Origin: Tubiluchus corallicola | Lineage: Eukaryota > Animalia > Priapulida | DNA: 64,000 bases | Direction: 5' to 3' | Assembly: GCA_030141605.1 (NCBI GenBank) | Contig: JAQGDQ010000537.1 | Span: 62,001-126,000, forward strand | Part shown: positions 24,484-37,518 of the stretch, in pieces | How positions within the stretch are numbered: the first letter of the stretch is position 1 | How the letters are laid out: the number at the start of each line of letters is the position of its first letter | The notes under the pieces: generated by a model | What the model was told of the DNA's origin: nothing | Seen by the model: the letters and a program-made list of their open reading frames with translations, nothing else | Databases searched by the model: none | Program-made: the position numbers and the translations under genes

Positions 24484-24799
24484 GTTGGTCGATTAACAAA
24501 CTTTGTGAAAACCATCAATTTGTGGGCACTGCGTAAGCTTGGTTGCGTGAACCATTGTTACGCACTAATCAACGCTATGGACTCGGTTTTGCCTAATAGC
24601 TAGTAGCGGTAGGCTATTATTACTATAACAGGCTACCGTTTTACTACCTACAACTAGCTGAGTTCATCAACAATAACAGCAACAGCAACAACAGCAGTAA
24701 CAACAACAACATCAACAACAGCATCAACAACAACTACAACAACAATAATATTAACTTACTGGTATGCTAGAATGTCGCTGGTCATTTGCCATGTGGAAA

Positions 24800-26002
24800 T
24801 AAAGGATAAAATTATGACACAGCATAATGCTGTTGCTGTGATGAGGTAATCTAGGAAATCTTAAATTGAAACTCAACTCCTAGAACTAGATCTGTATGAG
24901 AAGATAAATAAAATACCTGCAGTTTAGGCCGGTAGCTTGAGTGGAACAGAATTGTTAAGTACTGTCATACTGTCACAATTAGTGGTTAAGAAAGTACAAT
25001 TATAGAAACACCAGAAAAGTTTGACAAAGTCTGATGTGTGTTTATGTCTTTACAATGCTATACAGAGAAGTCACCCTATCTAAACGAGTATGTCAGTAAC
25101 AAGAAAAAGACTTTCCTTGAATGTGACCGATGAAGCCAAACTGAAAGGGTGATGGAAATAGTAATGAAGAGAATGCAAAAAGGCTTAGAAAATTGATAGA
25201 TGAATTGAGTGCCAGACCTAACCTAGGATAATCAGTGCTTGACATCTGGTGGACGAAAACTCAATATGATTGCTGCCCAGGCCAAGGATCAAATACCCAG
25301 TGGTCACAAGGCTAGAATGCATCATGATTGTACCATTAATTGTCCATTATGTAGACTGTGTTGTAAGAAAGGAGAAATAATAGCATACATTCTGTGTAAT
25401 TGTGAATATTTTGGCAAACACACAAAACCGAAAGCACCATTACAGAGTGGCTATATAATTTTTATGCTCATAAATATTTGAAGTTAAATGTTCACTGCGT
25501 ATTGTGCTATGAACCATTTGGTTAGTAAATATACAGACCACAACATACAAAATCTGTGAAAAACAAAAAGGGAAAATACTTTGGAACTATAACATTAAAT
25601 ATAACAATAATAAAGAAGTGCACCATAGAACTGTAATCGAAAAGAAGACAAACAAGTAGTATTGCTAATTGACATAGGAGTATCATGGGATGCAGACATT
25701 AGAACTAAATGATGCAGAAAAGTTTGAAAAACAAAATCCTTATCTGGCAGTTGAGTTGGAAAGAAAATGAGAAAGGCTAATTGTGGGTTGTGCCAGCAAT
25801 AGCAGGGCACATAGCACGTGTTATAGAAGCTCTAAAAATGAACTGGAAAGATTCGTATTTACAATGGGATGTAAAGCACGCTCAGGAAAATGCTGTTCTG
25901 GTATCGAAATACACATCTAGAAATGATATTTGTAGAGCGTATAGTTTTGGGTAGGCTGCACTTTGCTAGTGATGTTAAATCACCCAAGCTGTTATGTTAT
26001 AC

Positions 26003-26003
<1 letters not shown>
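24800..26003 (+). mobile_element. Decayed RLE-type non-LTR retrotransposon (R4/Dong-like) 3' part
   Basis: MIAAQ.....CRLC...E.I..IL..C zinc knuckle, then ILW and LLIDI...D remnants; ends at an (AAT)n run. Confidence 0.6.
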
Positions 26004-26038
<35 letters not shown>

Positions 26039-26127
26039 TATTATTATTATTATTATTGTATAACATAACAGCTTGGGTGATTTATTGTATTATTGTATTG
26101 TATTGCATTATTGTATTTTACTAATAC

Positions 26128-26162
<35 letters not shown>

Positions 26163-26200
26163 TAATAATAATTATTATTATTATTGTTGTTGTTATTAGA

Positions 26201-26940
26201 TTCTTCAAGACTATAAGCGTTCATCGCATTTTGCATGGGTTCATGAAAAACTACTCTCACTAAGCAGCAACTACGTTATATTTTGTTTTAGCAGGTTTCT
26301 ACTCCTCATAGAATGGATTTTCATGCAAAATTATGTATGAAATGCATTTGCTTACATTATACAAATTAAAAATCAATTTTTTATGAAAAAAATGAAAAAA
26401 GCTGCAAAGTAAATGCAGTGTTTGCACTGTAACAATGTACAATATCACTTGTGTGAAATCAGCTAATGCAGAAAAGTTCAACCCTCCAGACACAGCGCTA
26501 TGATACATGTTGGCTTCAAGTATGTTCTATTTTTTTAGGAAAAATTCCTGTTAAAAAATTAAAAGATGAAGCAACTTTAATTTGTCCTTGACTGAGCAAT
26601 TGGTTTTTTTTCTGGAAATCTGTACAGGAGACTATTCTCTTGAGCTGTAGCAAGCAGGCAATATTAATCAATAAAATGGTATGCACGATTATGCAAGTGT
26701 ACAACAAGACTAAGTTACTAAATGGACTAAGTTTGATTGCCTGAAAAAAACGTTTTTCTTAATTTTATCCAATTAAATCACTTACAAATATTTAAACAAT
26801 TAGCATACTATGATGACCGAGTTTCTCCTGAACAAAACAGTTTCTAATTTGAAATCAAGTAGTTATGTCTGTGCTCATACAGTGCCAGCAAAATCATAGG
26901 TCTTCTAAGACCTATTATGAATGGTGTGGACTTGAAAGAG
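26201..26940. mobile_element. piggyBac-like MITE, copy 2 (inverted relative to 17502-18219)
   Basis: Reverse-complement similarity along its length; TTAA at 26941-26944. Confidence 0.65.
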
Positions 26941-27331
26941 TTAAACTATTATAACACAATAAAAACACTGACACTTCATTGCATTGTACTGTGGTTACTT
27001 GCTTAGAGCTGGTTAGTAGCAAGCTGAAGACGACTGTGAGTGTTTCTTCAATAAACGAAAAATAATATGGGAAGATTCACCACAGTATATTATGGAGTTA
27101 AAGTATAATTATGGAAACCTAAATAAGTTCACGTAGTATCATAGTTTTGAAGTATATAGATTACAGAAAATAATTTTTGTGACAGATCGCGGCTGTCGAA
27201 ACTCAAGCCACATAAAAACAAAGTTATGAAAAGTTAACGACCATGAGTCTTGCCTAAAAATAAATTACGTTTGAAAAGGTTTTATCCGAATTTAAAGAAC
27301 TTGTCAAGATTCGTCTTTTTCCTTATTCATA

Positions 27332-27485
27332 ATGGCAGCATGCAGAATTAGGAAACTAACTTGCTTGCTTCCAAATTTTTCCTATCTTTTTCCAGTTCTA
27401 CGTGCAGTAAATTCAAAGCCTGTCTTGCTAAACACCACTCACGCTTCAAAGTTTTCAACAACGTTTTCTAAATTTGTGAAGGAAA
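27332..27485 (+). CDS. MRPS18A: MRPS18A (mitoribosomal mL66), exon 1 (transit peptide)
   Basis: Basic/hydroxylated N-terminus MAACRIRKL...FSKFVKE; GTAAGT donor, phase 1. Confidence 0.85.
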
Positions 27486-27753
27486 GTAAGTATAAGCTTC
27501 ATCGGTATATTACTTCTAATTTAAGCAGTTCTTGTCACTAGTCAAACGCCGAATACGCACTGTGCAGTTCTCTAGTTTAAGTTATACTTCCTATATTTTT
27601 ATAACAATATTAGCTTTTAAAGCGTCGTTATCGTAATGCTATTATTATCATAATTATAGTTATGTATTGGTGTGCTGGAATTCTGCCTCTAACATGCGTC
27701 ATCACTCAGTCTTTAACATTGCTGTTGTCACCGCTTTATCGTTAGTTGAACCT

Positions 27754-28090
27754 GGTGCACGGTAAAAATGGTACAAATGAAAAAGTAGGAAAAATGGTAC
27801 AGGAAAAAGTGGCACAGGCAAAATGACACTGGTGAAAATGGCACAAATGGAAAAAAACGGCACATAAAATTGTGTTGTTTTGATGTGCACAATTAATTTC
27901 TACAATAAAGCTAGAATGCACTCGAGTATTAAGCAGATCTCTGGCTGAGGTAAAAATAACTAAAATAATTATCCCTCAAGGTAATTCCAACCTTAAACTC
28001 ACATTTTATTAAGTGTGCCATTTTTACTTACTTTTCCATTTGTACCATTTTTCTTGAGCAATTTTTCCTGTGCCATTTTTCCCTACATTC
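27754..28090. mobile_element. Mutator-like (MULE) MITE
   Basis: Perfect 9-bp TSD GTTGAACCT (27745-27753 / 28091-28099); arms built of AAAAATGG(C/T)AC repeats and their complement. Confidence 0.8.
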
Positions 28091-28407
28091 GTTGAACCTA
28101 GTTCAGTTTGTCGTTGATTTTTGCCGTTCTTATGGACTTTGGGAATACATCGTCAGCACCAGTCAAGAGTTACTAATACTTAATCTGAAGCGCATTTGTA
28201 ATTGACTTGTCATGACTGCCTTTGTAACATTGAACATCGCCCCAAAAAGTTATTCAGAAAGTTTTTTCCAGTTACGCAGGAAACAGTTCAAACAGGTAAG
28301 CATAATGCAAGCTAGTTTAACTTTGTTTGATAAAGAACTTGTAAGCACTTTACTGAACACTAATTCTAAATTAGCACTAATTCTAATTCTAATTTTTCAC
28401 TTTTTAG

Positions 28408-28439
28408 TAAGAGAAACGAAAGATGGTAATGTAACAGTG
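28408..28439 (+). CDS. MRPS18A: MRPS18A, exon 2 (32 bp)
   Basis: TTTTTAG|TA AGA GAA...ACA GTG|GTAAGT; (I)RETKDGNVTV; phases fit both neighbours. Confidence 0.85.
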
Positions 28440-28724
28440 GTAAGTAAACATATTTTTGCACTTGCTGATGTATAAATAGTACAGTGGTGTTATGATACTG
28501 GTTCTATGGTGCTGTTTGTCTTGAACAGTTATGACTTCTTCACTGAAAAGTGGGAGAGGAGTATTTGAGTGATTATTTTGTTTTTTTTGCAATCTTGGAT
28601 CTGGTTGGCAAATGGGTGGGTGACTAATAGGAAAACCATTTCTGCACAGTTTCATGTTCTCTCTCTGACTGTTTATTTATTAATATCGGAATGTGGTTAA
28701 AATGTCTCCGCTGGGCCTTCCGAC

Positions 28725-29237
28725 CAGTGGCGGCTCGTGTATAGGTACTATGGAACTGCAGCACCCCCTATATTATCAATAATATTTAATATAATAAGTC
28801 TTTTTTCTTTAGTTATTTCACTTTTACTTTTACGGAACCTGAGCAAGTGAGGATAGTACTGTTTGCTTCACAGCTCAGCACAGTGTGCTCCAGCAATGTG
28901 GTGTTTGACTGTTGTGCGCATGCAGCTATGCGCACATGTCTGAGTCCAGGTAGAGAAAGCACTGTCGCTCACACAGTTTGTTAGCACTTGTCACGTGCTT
29001 ATTGTGAATGGATCAAGCTTGAATTGTGACACCTTAGGCTATTAGTAAGCAAAAAATATTTTTTGTTTAAGATTTTATCAAGTTTATGTATAAACTTTCG
29101 TATATTTCTTTGTTTGAAATTACAATTACAAATTACAACATTAAAATTAAATGTGTTTGTTTTGTTTTACACAGTATTAAAACAATGGCAAATTTTTGAA
29201 GAAGCACCCCCTAATTTTAAATTACAAGCTGCCACTG
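28725..29237. mobile_element. hAT-like MITE
   Basis: TIRs CAGTGGCGGCT / AGCTGCCACTG; 8-bp TSD CTTCCGAC / CTTCTGAT. Confidence 0.85.
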
Positions 29238-29381
29238 CTTCTGATTAACAGTTGCGTTTGGATAGATGACTTTTGTGCGTATTTCGGGGGTGGGGTTTAT
29301 TTATTTGTCTAATTGGCTAGTTAGTTTGCATTTCGTATGTCTGATTCAAATGGAGTTTGTTTGAGAATTTTGTTTTTTTAG

Positions 29382-29489
29382 ATTGAAGGAGTTCATGTGG
29401 AGTCACCTAGAGCTGGTAATGTGGTTGAGATTGATGATCCGCATGGATCTTGTCCACTCTGTAGGCTCGGATTACGGGTGCAATTCTCA
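29382..29489 (+). CDS. MRPS18A: MRPS18A, exon 3
   Basis: IEGVHVESPR...CPLCRLGLRVQFS; CxxC zinc ligands; canonical splice sites. Confidence 0.9.
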
Positions 29490-29853
29490 GTAAGTAAACG
29501 AGGCATTTTCTTTGAGTTAACAATAGCTGAGTTAGCTAGTGGTGTTGAGCAGCTGCCACACAATGGTTACTCGCTTCAATTTTGCACAGAGTAAGACCAA
29601 ATATGTTCTATTGTTTTTGCATGACATGAATTTATTTGAAGTGTGAGATTATTATTTAAATTACCATGTGACTGTGGTACCTGCATTTTATCTGTTTTCA
29701 ATTTTCAATCTAATCGCTAAGATGTGTGCTGTTTCATTTGTGAGAGGTATTGGGTTCAAAATGACGGCCGGTCATTTTTTTAGTAATTCATCTCTAAATT
29801 TTTCTTGAGCAGCCACAAATACATAAAATGAACGTTGGTGCCTAGATGATTTG

Positions 29854-30378
29854 AAGTGGCGGCTCGTGTATAGGTACTGCAGCACCCCCTATATTCACTC
29901 AATCGATAATATTCAATGTAATAAGTCTTTTTTCTTTAGTTCTTTCTTTATACTTGTACGGAACCAGAGCATGTGAGGGTAGTACTGTTTGCTTCACAGC
30001 CCAGCACAGTGGGCTTTGGCTGATGTGCGCATGCGGCCATGCGCACATGTCTGAGACAAGATGCTGCACCCTAGGTAGAAAGAGTACTGTCGCTCACACA
30101 GTTTGTGTTGTCAGTTGTCACGTGCTTAAAAGCCGCATACTGGCATATTGTGGCAAACTGTGACAATTTACAATTTAGGCTATTCGTAAGCAAAACGTTT
30201 TTTGTTTAGGATTTTATCAAATATAAATTTGCTTATGTTTGCTTGTTTAAAATTACAATTACAGATTACAACATTAAAATTGCATACGTTTGTTAAGTTT
30301 TTTTGCACAGTGTTAAAACAATGGCTAAAAATTTTCTAAAGCAGCACCTCCAGTAATTTTAGCTACGAGCTGCCACTG
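29854..30378. mobile_element. hAT-like MITE
   Basis: 8-bp TSD ATGATTTG / ATTATTTG; same family as 28725. Confidence 0.85.
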
Positions 30379-30547
30379 ATTATTTGAAGATCAATAGAGT
30401 TTGTTCTTCATAGTAAATTGTTCGAGATGCAACAGTTTATTGTGTGATGTTATTTTAAATAGATTTTATGTGCGACAGAAAACTGACAACTAATCTGTCA
30501 CATACATTAGGTTTTTTTGCATGGCAATGTTTTTTTATTAAATTCAG

Positions 30548-30671
30548 GATGTACTAATTATAAAACAATTTCTGACCGAAGACGGTTTTCTACTACCAAG
30601 ATCTGCGACAGGCCTGTGCACAATGCAGCAGAGGCGAATAAAAAGAGTTCTGGCCCAGGCACAGAAAGCAG
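30548..30671 (+). CDS. MRPS18A: MRPS18A, exon 4 (S18 core)
   Basis: DVLIIKQFLTEDGFLLPRSATGLCTMQQRRIKRVLAQAQKA(G), the ribosomal S18 signature. Confidence 0.95.
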
Positions 30672-30692
30672 GTAACTTAATGTTCTTGTAAT

Positions 30693-31662
30693 CAGTGGCG
30701 TAGCTAGTAGGGGGGAATAAGGGGAGAAATCACTCCCCCCCTGAGCACGTTTTACAAAATTATCGCTTTTCAATCCTTTAGTTCACTTGTGCAGTAAAAG
30801 TCGAATCCTTTTCGTTTGTTTTTTTAATCGCATTGCATTGGAAGAATTTTCTGGAGCCATTACTTTATTTGAACACCCTCCCTCCCGTGTTATTGAAATG
30901 AATGGCAATTTCAAGTGTCGAGAAACTGACCATCATCAATGTACTTAAATTCATTGCTTCTCATTGGCGTGTGTTCCATTTGTAATATTTTATACTAAAT
31001 GTGTGTTCTTTTTATGCACAGATATAGAGAACTTCCAACATGCAAAATGACGGTAAAGGGCAAAAAAGCCCAACTTCATATTTATTCCTAATACATGCAA
31101 AGATAGAAAGTCATAGATACAAAACACCACACCATTTATCTTAACCTGTCCACATTACACCACACTTTACTAATCTTACTAATAACTAGCACAGTTGTTG
31201 AACGATTCTTTAGTCGGCTGAAACAAATAAAGCCCTGCCTTCGTTCTACAATATGGGAAGATTATCTTTGCTCCCCCATTGAAAGATACTTGGCTACTGA
31301 GGTGGATTATAATAAAGTTATTTTACTTTGCTAGAATGAAGCCAAGATGAAAGAGACTGTTGTCATTCTCATAAAACATTTTTCACCATGCTTCATTTTT
31401 TTTTCATTTTACGTTCAAAATTAAAATAAGTAAATAAAACAACGTGTTTTGACATTTAAGAACATACTGTAAAATTTTTATTATGTTTTAATTTGAAATA
31501 CAAAATAACAATTATGTACTTTCTTTAAAACAATATCTTCTTCTTGTTTTGATTTTAAGTTCAAAACAAGAATGTATAATCAGTGAGTTAGAAATTGTTT
31601 GGTGTTACGGCACCTTTCTCATGTGTGTGCTCCCCCAACTTTAGAACCTGGCTACACCCGTG
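30693..31662 (+). mobile_element. Internally deleted hAT transposon with transposase remnant
   Basis: CAGTGGCGTAGC ... GCTACACCCGTG ends; ~31185-31262 reads TSTVVERFFSRLKQIKPCLRST, like the hAT C-terminal dimerisation motif. Confidence 0.75.
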
Positions 31663-32530
31663 CTTTTTAATATGCTTGTTATTGTGGTCATGCACTAGGA
31701 AAGCTGATTGCTGAAATATTATTTCGCTTAGTTATTCTCCAGTAACTAATGGACTTCAAAGCTATGATCATTGCTCTCGCTACAGCTTCAGAATCGAGCA
31801 TGAAGTTTTAACAAGTTTGGCATCCATTATTGAAAATATCGATAAAACAAAGATTGTAGATGGATACGTGAACGTACTATTCACAATTCTGGCTCTTATT
31901 TTTGCTAAATAACAGATAATTTGCATCTCATTACGGGTTGCTTCTTCAGAAACAATATATACTACAAATTTTAAAAAAATTCACGCACAATAGAATCATA
32001 AAATCAGGCATAAATTTACAGAAACGTTAAGTTAACAACAAAAACTTGATACACATGCATATATTCTACCTTCAGTATTAACTTTAAAGGCTACTTCGAC
32101 CCAATTTGCCCTGTAAAGTCTCAGTGACTATTTCTGGATTTCTTATGTCGTATAGAGCTGGCATAATTTGTATAGCGTGTGTGATTTGTTCATCCTCCTT
32201 TGCAAAAATGAACTTATCCGTCTGCACAAAAAAAGGTTTGGCAATTAAAGTGCGGATCCGTGCGTGTACGTGGCTTTCCGTGCGGATGCGGTGGAAATGA
32301 CAAACACGTAAAACAATGATTTGCAAATGTGCGCTAGTGTTCCAATTTTTTTCCGTGTGAATCTCATCCATGTCTGTGCGGATGCAGTGCAAATGCGGCC
32401 TAAGACGCTCCCATTTAACAGCTTTTGTCTTTGATGTCTGTCAGGTGGAATTTTTACTAATTATCCACTTAGTCAATATTGAACGTGTTGTTTTTCTTCG
32501 TACCTCACTTGCAGTTTTCCTTCTGTTTAG

Positions 32531-32739
32531 GTCTTATGCGATGCTTGAGGCCATTTGGGATGCCGGAGGGTAAACGGCAGCAGAGGAACTGGAAGAAATT
32601 CAACACTTACTATCCAAATCCAGACTGGATGTCTCACAACCAAGAGGAGTGGAGACACGTGCAAAAAGCGGAGACGCGACGGATGGTCAAATGGCGCAAT
32701 GAACTAAGAGACAGACTTCTAGCTGGTAAAGTGAGCTGA
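32531..32739 (+). CDS. MRPS18A: MRPS18A, exon 5
   Basis: (G)LMRCLRP...WKKFNTYY...GKVS*; TTTAG acceptor. Confidence 0.9.
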
Positions 32740-32781
32740 GAACATTTGTGAGTGATGTATAGTTAATGGTGTGTTTACCAA

Positions 32782-33263
32782 TAGGGGTGAGCATCGAACG
32801 TTTCAGTTTGAACTGGCTTTTTAATTCGATTCCGTTCGAACCTAAAAGTAATAGATTCGAATAATGGACCATTGTGTTCTTTATCATTAAAACATTTGAA
32901 ACAGCACAGTGTAGCTGTGATTTCTGGGCAACATTTTCAAACAAATTATTAGTGCTTTTACTCAGAGCTGTGGAGTCGGCACATTGAACTCCGGCTCCTA
33001 GAATTTTAGAAGCTCCAAATCCGACTCCTGTAGCAGTAAATTTACTACCGACTCCGATTCCGACTTCACGACTTCAACCACACAGCCCTGGTTTTACTGC
33101 AGGACAAGATCAAGCAATATGCACCATCTTTTTATAAGCGACGTGAAAATTAATTCGAAAATCTTTAAGACTGAATTCGAATTCGATTCGGATCATTCGA
33201 GTTTGATAGTAAGAAATTTAATTCAATTTGAATTCGTTTTCTGATAGAGAATACTCACCCCTA
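32782..33263. mobile_element. hAT-like MITE (TAGGGGTGAGCAT family) with a nested 128-bp MITE at 32963-33090
   Basis: TAGGGGTGAG / CTCACCCCTA ends, TTCGAA-rich; nested element has TSD CTTTTACT / GTTTTACT; empty copy at 39627-39990. Confidence 0.8.
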
Positions 33264-33864
33264 TATGCCAGGACTTGCGCTGTGTACATAACGACTGTTT
33301 ATAGTAATTGTTACCATAGGATTTAATTGATTTAACGTGATTTAATGTGTGATGTTAGATCTCATTATTCACATGTTTGATTGACTGATTGATGTCGGTT
33401 GTTTCGATAGAATTGTAAGAATCAGCGTTTTGAGAATGAAAAAAATTCTGTATTGGAATGCTGCTTACTCGAAAATCACATTACTATTATGCAAGAGTTA
33501 AAAAACTGGTTAATATAAGATGTGGCTTACAAATTAAATTGCTTTTTAAATGTGACTGATATCACTAAAACTAAAACTATGCAATTTCCTCTAAGCAAAG
33601 TGTTAATTGGCAATTAAAAAATTGTATTTGGTTTTTATATATTATAACATGTTCGCTAGTTTAGGGAAAATTTGTAGAATTCTGTGTCAGAAAATCCAGT
33701 GTGTGTAAAATAAATTATGCAGTTTTTACACAAACCTAAGTCGAGGATTCTGTATGTTTTACCTTAAAGACTTGCATTTTTTGAAACTTTTAAGGAAAGT
33801 TAACATTTATTTTTTATCTGCAGCTTATCAGTAACTAGTAACAGTCAGAGCAGCACTTTAAGTC

Positions 33865-34204
33865 TTAAGATACAACTCCATGTGCATGTAATGTGTGATC
33901 TGTGATCCGTAATGCGGGATACGTATTGACTGTTTTCAAACGCTGTGTGTATGAAGAAACTCATGGTACTCTTTCCATAGACTTTATAGGTGCTAAAGTG
34001 ACCAAAACTTACCTAACTAGATTTTCAGAAAGCTAAATAGCAAAAATGGTCACCGTAAACTTGAAAACTCGCTATAATCACCTAGGCAATGGCGGTTTCA
34101 CATCTGTGTATTGCTGCGTGATGCGTATACGGACGATAGCGATCACGTTCGAATGAATACGGATCCACGCTTCACGCATTATCTACACATTGATTCGTAC
34201 CTTT
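33865..34204. mobile_element. TTAA-type MITE, shorter copy of 23032-23659
   Basis: Shared blocks TGTGATCTGTGATCCGTAA and CTAAAGTGACCAAAACT. Confidence 0.65.
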
Positions 34205-34599
34205 ATTTGTTGTCTTGCAATTCTGTCTGAATGAATTATGCAACTGCAAAATTGAATTAAAAATTGTACATTAAGTAGTAATAATGCCCCGAATCAAGTT
34301 CTTTGTGGTTCCAGGATCCGGGACATACAGATCCCGGATCCTGGCCTACAAACGAATACGAACAATATTTCATTTGTTTAGCTCGTGGTGGCATTGCCTA
34401 CTTCATTTTCAGCATCATAATTTCAAGTGAAGTCACTGCATTTCTGTAAAATAGTTGTGTTGTGATTTTGAACACTTGATCCATGCTTCAGTTCTTACAT
34501 ATATAGAATAATCTCTATTTGTTGGGTTTAAAGTAAAAAATTCATCAAACTATGCTTTTACTGAAAGTCTTCTTCTTCTTCAAAGTCTCAATCCGTCTA

Positions 34600-35240
34600 T
34601 TGTAGACATTTGACCCCATTCTATTTACAGCTAACAGCATAAGTACTCCTGCTCCTAAAGCTAGATTTGGTCGAAGTTTATTTATCTTAGCTATTCAATT
34701 TGTTTTTGGTTTGCCAGGTGGTTTTTGCAAGGTTTTAAGGCTTCCTTTAAGGCAATTCTTGGTACTTCACTTGGTAATCTTAGAAGATGTCCTAGCTATT
34801 TTAATCTTCAGATCTTTACTTTTGAACTCCAATAAATTTCTTTCGTTCGGGTGTATAAATCTTCATTTTTGATTACGTATAGTCATCGTATCTCTAAAAC
34901 TTTTCTTAGAAGACTTCTATGAAATGAGTCAATCTGTTTTTCTTGAGTAATCGTTAAACCCCAAGTTTCACTGTTGTACATAAATATGCTGGCAACGTAA
35001 GCATTAAATAATCGAAGTCTTATGTTAAGACTTAATTTCTTGCTAGTTAATACATTCTTGTGCTGAAGAAAAGCATGCATTGCTTGTTGCTTTCTACTTT
35101 TAATATCATCTTTGGTATTTAGAAAAACCCCGTACTTGCACTTTTGCCAAGACTGATTACCATAAGACTTGCAATAATATATTTTTCTGTTTTTGACTGG
35201 TTTACTTGAAGATTTCTTTTTTCTAGTTTTGGAAAATCCT
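34600..35240 (-). mobile_element. Degenerate RTE-like LINE 3' fragment
   Basis: KKLSLNIRLRLFNAYVASIFMYNSETW...FHRSLLRKVL. Confidence 0.75.
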
Positions 35241-36594
35241 TTTTTACTGTGTTAGTTAGAAAGGTATATGGCTCTAAATTTTTAGCAGGCACTTTTGCGG
35301 CAATAGCTCTATCTTTGCATGCTACTTGCTGTAAGGAAACAGTGTGAAGATTGCTGGTATCGCTTTTTCTATAAGCATGGCGGCAAAAAACTTGGTGATA
35401 CATTCACAAATTTGTAGATATTTTAACAGAAAGCCTTCAAATTCTTTAGAAAATTTAAAACTATTCAGGTAATTAAACTGTTATGTATATTTTTTCTCAC
35501 CCGGACAAATTTTTTTCACAATTGGTGCACAATTGGTAGTTTTATACATAGAAATACAAGCAATGCAAAACCCGACACACATCCATGTTACTGGATCTAG
35601 GGATATTAAACGATTTACAAATTTGGTATATGATACTTTTTCTAATGATACGATAACTATAAACTATTTTTAGAGGATACAATATGATACGATACAATAA
35701 ATTATTTCAAATGATAAAAATGATACTGACAATTTATGCAACAACAAATAAAGTATCATTAATAATTAAAATTATTATGTGCTTCAGTGTATTCATTACT
35801 GTTTACTTCATTTGCTGCTAGTAATGAACAGGGTTCCCACAGAATTTTAAAATAAATTTCTCTACTTTTCCCTGGTCAAATATTGATTTTTTTCGTGACC
35901 AAGGTAAAGAGAAATTGTATTACCAGTATACATATTCAAACATTTATGTGTATTGACATTCATACATATACTGATATATAATGTGTCAGCCTGCCATAGG
36001 AAAATTTTATTTTAACACGAATTGCTAAAAGTGTGTTTAGAAAAATATCGGTTCACAGTGATTATTCTTGCAAGCCTTTTCACCCCATTTTCGGATTGCG
36101 CTTTTCGCCCCATTTTCATGATTTTCTCTGACATTTAACCGAATTATCTTCCTCCCTGACATTCCCATGACTTTCCATCAGCCTGTATTTTCCAGGATTT
36201 TCCCTGACAGTGAGAACTCTGAATGAAACACAAGTTTGTTTGTCATAATTATTCATAAACAAGTAAGCTTTAGCAGATAAACATTAGTACTGCGATAAAA
36301 ATATTTATCTATACGAGGCTGTACGTGACCGGGAAAGTGACACCAAAAATACGGTACACTGTATTTGATATCTGCGAGTCAGACTCAGTATCAAAGTGTA
36401 TAAAGGGGTGTCCATACTTTGTCACTTGTCAGTATGATTCAGAATGAAGATAGCCCTTATTGCTAAGCGAAAGTACATGAATATGATTTGGCATCTGACA
36501 AGCTTATTATTTAAATAATTCTTTTTGTCAACTTTGTTACAAAAGTGAAGCGATTTTGTAAAGGTAGACGATAAGCAACGATACATGCTAAATT

Positions 36595-37015
36595 TGACAC
36601 GATAACAATATTCCTAGAATACTATCGATACGATAACGATATTCCCAGAATAATATCGATACGATAACGATATTCCCAGAATAATATCGATACGATAATG
36701 ATATTCCTAGAATAATATCGATACGATAACGATATTCCCAGAATACTATCAATATGACAGCGATATTCCTAGAATACCATCGATGCGATAACGATATTCC
36801 CAGAATACTATCGATATGACAACGATATTCCTAGAATACTATCGATGCGATAACGATATTCCCAGAATACTATCGATGCGATAACGATGTTCCCAGAATA
36901 CTATCGATGTGGCAGCGATATTCCCAGAATACTATCGATGTGATAACTAAATTCCTAGAAGACTATCGGTACGATAACGATATTTCTAGAATACTATCGA
37001 TACGATAACGATATT
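36595..37015. repeat. 31-bp minisatellite (~13-14 copies)
   Basis: Unit TATCGATACGATAACGATATTCCCAGAATAC; period measured 36623 to 36654. Confidence 0.95.
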
Positions 37016-37357
37016 AAACAAGTTTTTCTTATCGATACGATAATCGATCCCCAACATTAGGCTTACTTTGCCAGTTTCGCTTGAGCAGTGAATGTAAGTT
37101 ATTGTATAATAGTGGAAATAACAACCACAGAAAAATTCTTCTTTAGCCAGCTTTACTTGCACAATCATATTTATTTATGAAAATGTACATTGCAGTTATT
37201 GTATGAATGGCCTTGCAACAACTTGGCTGTGTTGTTGCAAGTTGTATGACCATTGTCCAGTCAGACAAAACACGGTAAGTAGGCGTTTCAGCGAAACTGC
37301 TGAAAATCAAATCTAGTGGACAAAGCTTAAAAAGTTCGTGGGTCATCAGTTACTTTG

Positions 37358-37518
37358 TTACAACATAAACGGAAGATCTACATTTTTCTCTCCCAAACCA
37401 CAGTATATGGAGCCGAATGTGGATGTACCAGGAACGTGATAGAATGTATAACCAGGCCATGCGTGATTGCGCATAATAACTAGGACACTTCCCCTTTCAC
37501 TCTGAATACTCCAACATC
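37358..37518 (-). CDS. RSPH9: RSPH9 radial spoke head protein 9, exon 5
   Basis: (G)CWSIQSERGS...WPGYTFYHVP...YCGLGEKNVDLPFML*, the RSPH9 C-terminus. Confidence 0.97.

Noticed and set aside
27024-27205. Possible split hammerhead (CTGAAGA-C-GAC ... GTC-GAAAC)
   Set aside because: It requires deleting ~135 bp, and no stem I pairing can be formed.
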